In this document: positions 37,948 through 48,065 of the stretch, in pieces | Layout of the letters: each line of letters begins with the position of its first letter | Position numbering within the stretch: position 1 is the first letter of the stretch | Source of the DNA: Piromyces finnis finn | Taxonomy: Eukaryota; Fungi; Neocallimastigomycota | Direction: 5' to 3' | Assembly: GCA_002104945.1 (NCBI GenBank) | Contig: MCFH01000071.1 | Span: forward strand, 1-64,000 | Length of the DNA: 64,000 nt | Made by a program: the position numbers and the translations under genes | The notes under the pieces: generated by a model | Databases searched by the model: none | Seen by the model: only the letters and a program-made list of their open reading frames with translations | Told to the model about the DNA's origin: nothing

Positions 37948-38604
37948 ATGGAAAAATCTCCACTTACACCTATTAAAGTGGATACAAAAGAATTTTTTTA
38001 CCGCTTACAAACTACCAAGAGAGAACGTTCCCCAGGAAATACTCCCGTAAGAAAATCAAAGATGCCTAATCATTCCGGACAAGCTAATGCTTCTACGAGT
38101 AATCCTACTCAGAAGCCAACTACTAATGAGGATCTCAAAACCCTCATTGAGTCTTTAACTGCTACCTTAACTTGGAATATCAATCAGTTAAAGGTTGATA
38201 TTCAAGCTACCAGAAGGGAAAACGAAAGTCTCAATAATCGTTTGACTGTTTTGGAAAACTCTACTCAAGTTATTATGGGTAAGATGGCTACCTTAGAAGT
38301 CAACGATGCTAGGAAAGACAATCAACTCGCTGATATCAAAGCTCATATCAGCAAAGCTACTCAAAGAGTTGATGAGTTGTCTACTCCCGTTACTCCTTCT
38401 GCTACTACCCCACACGAACCTGACGGTGACGTCATCATGGGAGATGCTTCGCCTCCAAACGTCGCTGAAAAAATGCTTTCTTACTCAAGAGAAAGTATTC
38501 AATTACGTAGATTCATCCGTCGATGCTAACATCACTTCCTAAGACACATCAAGTTCTATGGAAACAATGAAGCTATGAAAGTAAACTTCATTGAAGATTG
38601 TCTA
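37948..38604 (+). pseudogene. gag: Family B gag fragment (premature TAA at 38527, truncated at about 38604)
   Basis: DGDVIM...HFLRHIKFYGNNEAMKVNFIEDCL aligns by eye to family D Gag DGDVKM...HFKRYPYDYGNDEKAKVSFIEDHL. Confidence 0.75.
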
Positions 38605-39606
38605 ACATAGATGCTCTGATTTCTTTAGAATGAAAGACAAATTTGTTACCACGAGCAGAATTGCAATGATTCCCACAATACCTTTCGAGAAAGTATATTT
38701 TGTTTGTTTTATAATTAAGGAATGGGTTATGTATTGTGAGCCAATCACGACCCAAAATACCAGAAATGCCATGGAGCTGTAAATTTCCAATACAGAATTC
38801 GTATGTTTCAATATGGTCCATGATTTTGAGTTTTAATGGTTTTGTTGATTGCTTTATTGTCATACTTTTACTGTTAGGAAGTTGTATATTGACAGGGGAT
38901 GTCAATCCAAGAGTTGGTATTTTGTTTGCATTTACAAATTTTTTGCAAATGAAACTTCTTGCAGAGCCCGAGTCTATGAGAAAGTTGATCCTAATATTTC
39001 TTCCATTCAATATCAAACAACATGTAGTGGTAATTGTTTTACCTTTATCTGGAGTATAATTCGCAGAAAGTATATTGTTTCTTTGTTTATCTTTCGAGAA
39101 TTTTGGATGTTTGGCTTTTCTTTCACTTCCGCTAAAGTAATTTTTCCTTTTACCATTGCTTTTGTTAAATGGATTGGTTTCATTTCTTATGTAACTTTCT
39201 AAGTAACATTTTCTATCAATATTTATTATCGCATTTGTGGCATCAAAAAGAGATTTAGGTCTATCCAATTTATCAAATTCTTCCCTCACTTTGTTAATTA
39301 GTCCTTTACCAATGATATCGATAAAAACCTCGTCAGGCCATCAAATCCTTCCAACTAATCTTCTAAACTCGATAATGTATTCCGTAACTTTACCTAATTG
39401 GGTTTGTTTAAGTTCCCAAAGATTGTTTATAAGGACATACTTTTGTTTTTGTATATCCCCGGTCTCAAAGTTATTTAATAGTAGAGTCTTAAAATTTTCA
39501 AAGCTAAGAGTTTTCAGAGTTCCGTCTACTAGAAGAGAAAGACCCCACTTTCTGGCTAATCCATCAAGTTTTCCGATGATGAAAGAATTCTTAGATTCGT
39601 CTAAAA
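38605..39606 (-). pseudogene. Fragment of another gypsy gag-protease (element Q) with an in-frame TGA at 39341
   Basis: LDGLARKW and LKQTQ...VTEYIIEFRRL Gag motifs, FLIDSGSA protease, LGRDWL..HNP. Both ends are deletion junctions. Confidence 0.8.
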
Positions 39607-42600
39607 ATATCAAACGCCTCAACTTGATATCTTTAATGTAACTTAAGCCACAAGTATTATTGTTTAAGTTACACAAATTATATTCAGAAAAAGAAAATGA
39701 GACATAATTTATTTATTAATAATTAAAGTTTAAAACAAAATAAATTATTTATTTATTCTTAATGTTTAACAAATAAATTAAAATTCTCAATTCAAACCCC
39801 TAGTTTTAGTATTGTTTTGTAATAGAAATAGACATCTAGTATATAATTATTAAATGTTTAATATATCAATAATACATGGGCACATATTCAAATTAAATGG
39901 TACTTAATTTGAATTGCCAATTGTATTTTACTAAAAATAGTTATAGTTTAAATATTTATTAATAATTAAGATTTTAGTGTAGATTTTAAATAATAATATA
40001 TAAGAAATAAAGAGTTATAATATAATATAAATGTACTTAGGAAAAATATAAATAGAAGATATTTTTCATCAATTTGATCGAGGTAATTGTTATAATAAAT
40101 TTCTATTATAATAAAAGATATTTTTTAATAAAACAATTTTTATTTTATTTTAAATTTAGTGTTATTGTAATGAATAGATATCCTAATCTATTCTTTCTGT
40201 ATCAGCATTACAATAACAATTACCTAACGAAAACCAAGAATACGTTAGGGTATCTACCGCCGAGTAAAAGAAGAAAAAAGAAGGAATAACTACTGGGTTG
40301 AAATTGAATCTACCGCCGCCGAGTGGGAAGAAAGGACCAAGAATAACCATTAAGGATTGATTAGTAGTACAAAACTTGTTCGACACTGCTTTTGCAGAAC
40401 GCGTCTGAATAACTTTTGTATTGTTTGATATACTAAAATTATCTTTTGTAAATAATTAAAAAAAAAAAAAAAAAAAAAAAATTACTTACTTGAAATAGTA
40501 GTAAGAAAACATTTTATTTATTTTAGTAAGTTGGAGGGTTTAATTAGTGAATTTGAAAATTTGAATTTAGAAATGGGTGATAGGACTGTGGGTGTTTCCG
40601 GGAACTCGGGGAACATTATTAATGCTCCACCGACATTTTCTGGTAAACAAAGAGAATTGGATGGATTTTTAACTAGAGTGGAGTTGGTATTTCGTACTCG
40701 ACCGACACTGTATAATACAGATCGAGTCAAGGTCGACTTCGTTATATCATACTTTTCTGGTAAACCTTTGGAATGGGCTTCAGTGTTGATGAAGAATAAT
40801 AGTGGGGTTTTAAACCATTATGATGAATTTGTAGATAGGTTGAAGGCTAACTTTGGCAGTTATAGATACGATACCGTTGTAGCTAACGGTAAATTAGATA
40901 ATATTCGCCAAAGGAAACTTGGTCAGGTATTAGATTACATTACCGAGTTTCAACGTATTAGCCAAAATTCAAGCTTTAATGATAGCGCAAAAATCTACAT
41001 GTTTCTGAAAGGTTTATTACCACCACTTAGGGAGAAGTTGGCTTTCATTGAATCAAACCCAACTTCAATTGAACAATTGATTTCTTCAACTATTTTAGTT
41101 GAAGATATGATGAAAAGAAATTCTCTAAGTGAATTTTATTTTAATAGTAGAAGGGCTAACGATCCTATGGATGTGGATGTATTTAGAATTAGTAGAGAAA
41201 ATAAACGCAAAAGGTATGTGAATATCCAAGGATCAAGTAAAAATTACAATGAAAACATAGACAATTTTGAAGAAGAAAAGAAAAAGGGGTTATGTTTTCT
41301 TTGTAAACAACCGGGACATTTAAAGTTTAATTGTCCTAATAGAGTAAAGCCCAGAAAAGTGTTAAGAATTGTTAAAGAAAGGACTCCAAAAATTGTTAAT
41401 CCAAAAATTTACAAAGTTGGAGTCAAGGGAGTGAAAAGTGATTTAAACCTTGTGGACTTTTACTTGAGTACCAATGAAGTTTCGGAAGTTAAAATTAAGG
41501 TTTTAATTGATTCCGGTTCTGAATTAAATTTCATTAATCCAAGTCTTGCTGAAGAACTTGGTATTAATTTGGAAAAAGTGGAACCATTCCGTGTTTCAGG
41601 TGTTAGTGATGGAGTTGTTAGTGTTTGGGAAAGGACCGAGAAGTGCATTCTCCGTTGCAAAAATCACTTCGAAGTAATTCAACTTCATGGATTACAAGTC
41701 CCCGGTGTTGATGTTATTCTTGGTTTGCCGTGGATAAAGAAGCATAATCCAAATGCTTTCTACGACTCTAAGAAAATCGCTTTTAGTTCTGGTTATTGTG
41801 CCAGACATTGTAATAAAGGCAAAAGAAAGAGAAAATCAAGAAAGAAGTCAAAGAATGATCAGTTAGATCATGATGTTCTCGACCGAAGCTTGACCAAAAA
41901 GCCGAAAGTAGATCCCTCTGTCCCAAACAATGAAGAAAAAGAATATGTTAAAGGCCGCCTTGTTAGAACCATCAATGATGAAGATGATAGCGATGATGAA
42001 TATATTAGTTTTAATAAAAAAGTTAAATGTATTGTAACAAAAATTAATGAAACATGTAATAATGATAATGAATCATGTAGTAATAATAATAATAATGGAA
42101 AAGATATTAATAAAGATAAATTGGTCGCCGTACCAACCCAATATTTAGAATTTAGTGAAGTGTTTAACGAAAAAAATTGTGAAGTGTTACCTCCTCATAG
42201 ACCTTATGATTGTGAAATCAAACTTAAGGATGATTCAACTTTATTTTATGGACCCTTGTATCCATTAACTGAAGTTGAAAGAGAGGAACTTAAAAAATAT
42301 ATTGATGATAATTTAAATAAAGGTTTTATTAGGAAATCATCGTCTCCTGCTGGTGCCCCAATTTTATTTGTTAAAAAGAAGGATGGCTCCCTAAGACTTT
42401 GTATCGATTATAGAAAGTTGAATGATATTACAATTCGTAATTCATATCCTTTACCTTTAATTAGTGACCTTTTGGATAGGGTGAAAAATGTTAAGATTTT
42501 TACTAAATTAGACCTTAAATCCGCTTATAATCTTGTTCGTATTAAAGAAGATGATGAATACAAAACGGCTTTTCGTACTAGATATGGACATTTTGAATAT

Positions 42601-45326
42601 CTGGTTATGCCTTTTGGATTAAAGAATGCACCTGCAACTTTTCAACACTTCATTAACGATGTCCTTAGTGACTATTTAGACGATTTTGTTATCTCATATA
42701 TTGATGATATTCTTATTTATTCTAATAATATCGAAGAACATCATGAGCATGTTAAAAAGGTACTTAAGAAACTACTTGAAAATAATCTTTATGTTAAATT
42801 AGAAAAATGTGAGTTTGATGTTGAGAAAACCACTTTTCTTGGTTATGTCATTTCAAAGGATAGATTGCAAATGGATGAGAATAAAGTTAAAGCAATTCTC
42901 GATTGGCCGGTTCCTAAGAATGTTAAAGAGGTTCAGTCTTTTATTGGTCTATGTAACTATTACAGAATTTTTATTAAAGACTTTGCTAAAATTGCAAACC
43001 CTCTTCACAAACTCACTAGAAAAAATGTTGCTTTTAACTGGGGGAAAGAAGATCAGGCCGCTTTTATTTTATTAAAATCTCTGTTCACGTCAGCTCCTAT
43101 TCTGAAACATGCGGATAGTAATAATCAATTTATTGTAGAAACTGATGCTAGTAATTATGCTGTCGGTGCTATTCTCTCTCAAGAATTTGATGGCAAATTA
43201 CATCCTATTGCATTTCTTTCTAAAAGTTTGACAAGTTGTCAAAGAAACTATCCTATATATGATAAGGAACTTTTAGCTATTATAGTTGCTCTTGAAGAAT
43301 GGCGTCATTATTTAGAAGGTGCACGCCATCCGTTCATAATTTATACCGATCATAAGAACTTAACATTTCCTAGAAAACCTGAAATGTTATCTCAGAGACA
43401 AATTAGATGGAATTTGTTCTTATCCAGATTTGATTTTAAACTCATTTATAGATCTGGAAAGAAATCCAGTAAGCCTGATATCCTGTCTCGTAGAAGTGAC
43501 CATTTAGTGAATAATATTAATTCTGATGTTTCTTGTCTTACTATTTCGCTTCATCATAGCGATAACAAACCGTTAATCGATTCTATTTTATTAGAACTTA
43601 AAAATGACGATTTGTATAATTCTATTGTCCAATTTAAAATGAATGGTTCTGCATGTAATGCACCTATTAAAAATATTGATAAAGTTATTATTGATAATGA
43701 AGGATTTTTGCTATATAATAATCTTATTTATGTTCCTAAATCTCTTAGGACAAGAGTTTTGGAACTTCATCATGATTCTCTTGCTGCTGGTCATTTCGGT
43801 ATTAAGAAAACCACTGAACTTATTTCCAGAAACTTTTGGTGGCCAAGATTTCATTCAGACGTTAAATCTTTTATCAAATCTTGCGTGACTTGTTGCAAAT
43901 CCAAAGTCCCCAGACATAAGCCTTATGGATTGTTATCCCCTTTGGACACTCCTAGTAGGCCTTGGTCTGATATTTCTATTGATTTTATTGTTGATCTTCC
44001 TAAGTCCAGAGATATGACAACTCTCATGGTTGTTGTCGATAGATTTACTAAGTTTGCTCACGCTATTCCTTTACGTTGTCTTCCTACTGCTTCGATTGCT
44101 GCTGATGCTTTTATTGCCAATGTCTTCCGTTTGCATGGTCTTCCTAATTCCATCATTTCTGATAGAGGCTCGCAATTTACTTCTGACTTTTGGTCAAGAC
44201 TTTGTGACCTTCTTAATATTAATCATTCATTATCGACTGCTAACCATCCGCAGACAGATGGTCAAACGGAGAGGGTGAACGGCATATTAGAACAATATTT
44301 CCGTTGTTTTATAAATAAAAAGCAGAATAACTGGGTTGATCTTATCCCATTTGCTGAATTTGCATATAATAATACTTTACAACAATCTATAAATCAATCG
44401 CCATTCTTTGCCAATTATGGTTTTCATCCAAAGTTCAGCTTAGAAATTCCAGCTAATGATAGACCTAGTAGAGCTGAACAAAGAGTAATTGATATGAATG
44501 AAAACTTTAAATTATTAAAAGAAAATTTAGAAAAAGCAAAAGAAACATATAAGAAATATGCCGATATGAAAAGAATGAGTCCCCCGGAGTTCGAAGTGGG
44601 AAAGAAGGTATGGTTATTGAAAGATTCTCCTGGAACTAACCTGAAGAAAAAATTAGCACCTCAAATGCTTGGTCCATTTGAGATAATTGGAAAAGTTAGT
44701 TCTCTCGCTTTTAAATTGAAACTCCCAAAGACAATGAGATGTCATCCAGTCTTTCATGTTTCATTGTTAGAACCATACTTTGAAAACAAGTTTAACGACA
44801 GGTCTAATCGTAGGAAGAGGAACATTCACCTTAACACAGATTTAATTGAAAAAATTCCAGAGAAAATTGAAAAGATGAAATCTGTTAATGGTGAAACATT
44901 TTATAAATTATCGTGGAAAGGATTTGACAAATCCAATTGGATTTCTGAAGATCAGATTCCAGATAAACAATTAATACAAGAGTTTGAAAGAAACTCTAAA
45001 AAGTCAAAACATAAGTCGAGCTACTCCTCCATGAAAATTAGAAAGAATAAAGTTGGTAATCTAATCAAGCACAGATACCAACCATTTGTAATTGAAATTC
45101 CTTCGAGAAAGAATTCCTTATAAATTAATCTCGCAGGAGCTCGACTTAGAGAGAGAGATTGTAAAGATATCAAACGCCTCTGTTTGATATCTTTAATGTA
45201 ACTTAAGCCACAAGTATTATTGTTTAAGTTACACAAATTATATTCAGAAAAAGAAAATGAGACATAATTTATTTATTAATAATTAAAGTTTAAAACAAAA
45301 TAAATTATTTATTTATTTTTAATGTT
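39607..45326 (+). mobile_element. Ty3/gypsy chromovirus element P3 (family C) with damaged outer ends
   Basis: 5' LTR 39607-40212 lacks its first about 7 nt. PBS 40213-40223. 3' LTR starts at 45160 and is truncated at about 45326. The two LTRs differ. Confidence 0.9.
40531..45123 (+). CDS. gag-pol: P3 single-ORF Gag-Pol (1530 aa from TTG)
   Basis: Uninterrupted ORF, same domains as P2. Confidence 0.95.
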   Translation: MEGLISEFENLNLEMGDRTVGVSGNSGNIINAPPTFSGKQRELDGFLTRVELVFRTRPTLYNTDRVKVDFVISYFSGKPLEWASVLMKNNSGVLNHYDEFVDRLKANFGSYRYDTVVANGKLDNIRQRKLGQVLDYITEFQRISQNSSFNDSAKIYMFLKGLLPPLREKLAFIESNPTSIEQLISSTILVEDMMKRNSLSEFYFNSRRANDPMDVDVFRISRENKRKRYVNIQGSSKNYNENIDNFEEEKKKGLCFLCKQPGHLKFNCPNRVKPRKVLRIVKERTPKIVNPKIYKVGVKGVKSDLNLVDFYLSTNEVSEVKIKVLIDSGSELNFINPSLAEELGINLEKVEPFRVSGVSDGVVSVWERTEKCILRCKNHFEVIQLHGLQVPGVDVILGLPWIKKHNPNAFYDSKKIAFSSGYCARHCNKGKRKRKSRKKSKNDQLDHDVLDRSLTKKPKVDPSVPNNEEKEYVKGRLVRTINDEDDSDDEYISFNKKVKCIVTKINETCNNDNESCSNNNNNGKDINKDKLVAVPTQYLEFSEVFNEKNCEVLPPHRPYDCEIKLKDDSTLFYGPLYPLTEVEREELKKYIDDNLNKGFIRKSSSPAGAPILFVKKKDGSLRLCIDYRKLNDITIRNSYPLPLISDLLDRVKNVKIFTKLDLKSAYNLVRIKEDDEYKTAFRTRYGHFEYLVMPFGLKNAPATFQHFINDVLSDYLDDFVISYIDDILIYSNNIEEHHEHVKKVLKKLLENNLYVKLEKCEFDVEKTTFLGYVISKDRLQMDENKVKAILDWPVPKNVKEVQSFIGLCNYYRIFIKDFAKIANPLHKLTRKNVAFNWGKEDQAAFILLKSLFTSAPILKHADSNNQFIVETDASNYAVGAILSQEFDGKLHPIAFLSKSLTSCQRNYPIYDKELLAIIVALEEWRHYLEGARHPFIIYTDHKNLTFPRKPEMLSQRQIRWNLFLSRFDFKLIYRSGKKSSKPDILSRRSDHLVNNINSDVSCLTISLHHSDNKPLIDSILLELKNDDLYNSIVQFKMNGSACNAPIKNIDKVIIDNEGFLLYNNLIYVPKSLRTRVLELHHDSLAAGHFGIKKTTELISRNFWWPRFHSDVKSFIKSCVTCCKSKVPRHKPYGLLSPLDTPSRPWSDISIDFIVDLPKSRDMTTLMVVVDRFTKFAHAIPLRCLPTASIAADAFIANVFRLHGLPNSIISDRGSQFTSDFWSRLCDLLNINHSLSTANHPQTDGQTERVNGILEQYFRCFINKKQNNWVDLIPFAEFAYNNTLQQSINQSPFFANYGFHPKFSLEIPANDRPSRAEQRVIDMNENFKLLKENLEKAKETYKKYADMKRMSPPEFEVGKKVWLLKDSPGTNLKKKLAPQMLGPFEIIGKVSSLAFKLKLPKTMRCHPVFHVSLLEPYFENKFNDRSNRRKRNIHLNTDLIEKIPEKIEKMKSVNGETFYKLSWKGFDKSNWISEDQIPDKQLIQEFERNSKKSKHKSSYSSMKIRKNKVGNLIKHRYQPFVIEIPSRKNSL

Positions 45327-45570
45327 CAATAAGTATAAAATATTATAAGTAATTATACTAATACTAATAATAAAGGTCTTAAATAACTATATAAAAATAA
45401 TATAACTATATAATAAAAATATTAATAATTACTAGAAAAATGTATAAAAATTATATATTATAATTTTTATATTTTAAAAATAGAGTTAAACACTAGTAAG
45501 GAATATAAATAGTTGAAGGTTAAATCCTAAAATTCTAGCTAATTCAACTATTTATGTTCATTCCTTAACA
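45327..45570 (-). mobile_element. Family I LTR fragment, inverted relative to the copy at 7163
   Basis: Reverse complement starts TGTTAAGGAATGAA, as at 7163. Confidence 0.7.
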
Positions 45571-45576
45571 TTTTTG

Positions 45577-46146
45577 TGATACGTTATAAAATAAAATATC
45601 ATAATATTATTATTTATTTTGAGGTTGTGGTAATAAGGAATATTGCTGAAATAATATATTCAAGTTATTAATAATTATGTGATATAGTTATTATGTATTT
45701 ATTTACTTATTTATTATTATTATTATTATTATTATAAACAAAATAAGTCTTTTATTATTATTAAATATTTATCTTTATTAAAATATATAATAATTAGTAT
45801 TTTTACATTTATTTATTATTAATAATACATATTTAAAATAACTATATTTCCTATATAAATATACTACTTATTCACTATTAATATTACTAAACTATTACTA
45901 AATTTCTCATTTTATTATATCTTATTATCTTTGGAACTTAATTACAAAATCAAGAACATCATTTTAATTATTTAATTATTAATTATATTTATATTAGTAC
46001 ATATTAAATATTTTTTTTTAATTAATTTCATATTAATTAATTTCATTATTAATTAAAGTTATTATTAATTTATTATTATCTTAACCCTTAAATGAATTAA
46101 CCTGGAATTTCTACCAAAAGTAGTATTTTCTGTTCGTCACGTATCA
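45577..46146. mobile_element. Solo LTR, family L-like, with 4-bp TSD
   Basis: TGATAC...GTATCA. Left flank is TTTG, and the right flank is TTTG once K3 is removed. Confidence 0.65.
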
Positions 46147-46149
46147 TTT

Positions 46150-48055
46150 TGTAAGAAATAATAATTATTTGATACATAATTAATATTTCTTAGTTAAAAT
46201 CATTAATTATTAATCATTAATTAATGTTAATAATATTAGTTTATTTAAATAATTATTCTCATTTAAATTTATTTTAATTATTTATTTTCACTTAATTTTA
46301 ATATCTTAAATTACATTTAGCCATTTAATTATATTATTCATTAATATTTTATTTAATATTTTTATTAATTATATTTATGCATTTAACTAATTAATTTAAT
46401 TAATTACTTTTATTTAACTTTATATTTTTATTAATTATATTTATTCATTTAATTAATTAATTTAATTAATTACTTTTATTTAACTTTATATTTTTATCAA
46501 ATATATTTAATTATTTATTTAATTAATTACTTTAAAATAATTATTCATTGTTTAGGAATCGATATTTTAAGGTTTTTTCCAATTTCTAAAATAATTGGTT
46601 TTACTTAAAATATACGATGATCAATATGTATAGAATGTTGATCGAACTTTGTTTAGGTTTTTCTTCTAATCTTTTCCTAAACAAAAAATTATTTTGTTAA
46701 GATTAGATAAAATTTTAATTTAAACTTTAAATTTATTAAATAATATAAATAAAGACTCTTGATTCCCTTCTAAGAAATCAAGAGTTATTATTATAAGAAA
46801 CAAATTATAATAATAAAAGCGTTTTTAATTTTGTTTTACTTAACTTAGTTATAATAAAACATATTAACTTATTAAAGTGTAAAATTATTTCTACCCTTAT
46901 AATAAACTCGAACTTAAAGATAAGTATTAATATTTATTTTCTTTTTATTCTCAATTTATCAATAAATTGTATGTAAAAGTTTTACTAAACTTATAATTTA
47001 ATATTAAAATATTAAATTAAATAAAAGGTTAAAAGATAACTAGGTTAGAAAAAAAAAATGTTTTATTAAAATAATCTTAATTGATTTATAAATGAATAAT
47101 TATATTATGTATTATAGTTAAAATAATTCCTTTTTATTTTATTTAAAGAATATATATAATAATAAGATTATTTAATAGTAATACTTATTAAGTATTAATA
47201 AGATAATAATCTTTACAAAGATTTAATTCATAAAACTATTCTAAACTATTTATACTATTTGTAATTTTACATTTAATAATAAAATAACTTTTCAATACAT
47301 GATTATATTCATAATATATTTTATAATACTTAAACTAAACTTAAGACTTATTCCTAATTATTAAAAAATAACTATTGTTTATAATATTCATAATATTAAT
47401 TATTTCTTAATTATAATATAATTCATTGAATATAATATTAATAATTATAATCCTCTAGTTCAAAGATTATAAATTATGTTATTGAAATAATTATTATAAA
47501 ATAAAGTTAATTAGTTCCGGAAAATAATTTTAATTTAATTAAACAATAATTTTTTATACTTTGAGTGAATGATTTATGTTTGATATATCAGGGGTGATCA
47601 TTCTCTGAATAAACAATTAATCATTGCTAACAAAATATCTTTAAATTGGAATATCTCGTGAACCAGCAGAGATATTGACATGATTTTAAGATATGTTGTT
47701 TGTCTCGAGCGTGGCTTTCTAACGAACTTAATTATAACCAAAATATTTTTATTCAAAAATCGTCATTCGTTGAGGAGATACGCGTGTTTTTTCTTATTCC
47801 ATTTTAACGATAAGGGTTAAAGTTATTTATTATAAAAATTATTAAGGGTTAAGGTCATATTTTAACCTTTTCTAAATTTTTAAATATTTCTTAATAAAAT
47901 TTTATAATTTATTTGAAAATAAAATATTTGTTGATTTTGAATTTTCATAAGTGATTTCACAATTCCAAGTGATCTTGAAATTGTAATTTCACTAGTATTC
48001 GTGACATTGTAGTTAATAATTCTATTATATAATAATTTATAATGGAATTATTACA
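46150..48055. mobile_element. Solo LTR family K, copy 3, interrupted by an A LTR
   Basis: TGTAAGAAAT...ATTATTACA, TSD CATTT (46145-46149 / 48056-48060). Confidence 0.82.
46972..48006. mobile_element. Solo LTR family A (1035 bp)
   Basis: TSD TTGTA (46967-46971 / 48007-48011), near-identical to 1784-2814. Confidence 0.93.
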
Positions 48056-48065
48056 CATTTGACGC

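Noticed and set aside
38527-39343. Stop-codon readthrough at TAA 38527 (B gag) and TGA 39341 (Q gag)
   Set aside because: Both stops lie mid-capsid in truncated fragments, not at a gag-pol boundary, so simple nonsense mutations are more likely.
20835-45236. Repeated ORFs beginning MCNLNNNTCGLSYIKDIK (20835, 23114, 24127, 29454, 39341, 45021)
   Set aside because: They are antisense reads starting inside the family C LTR. At 29454 and 39341 they only prefix a real copia or Q frame across an insertion junction.
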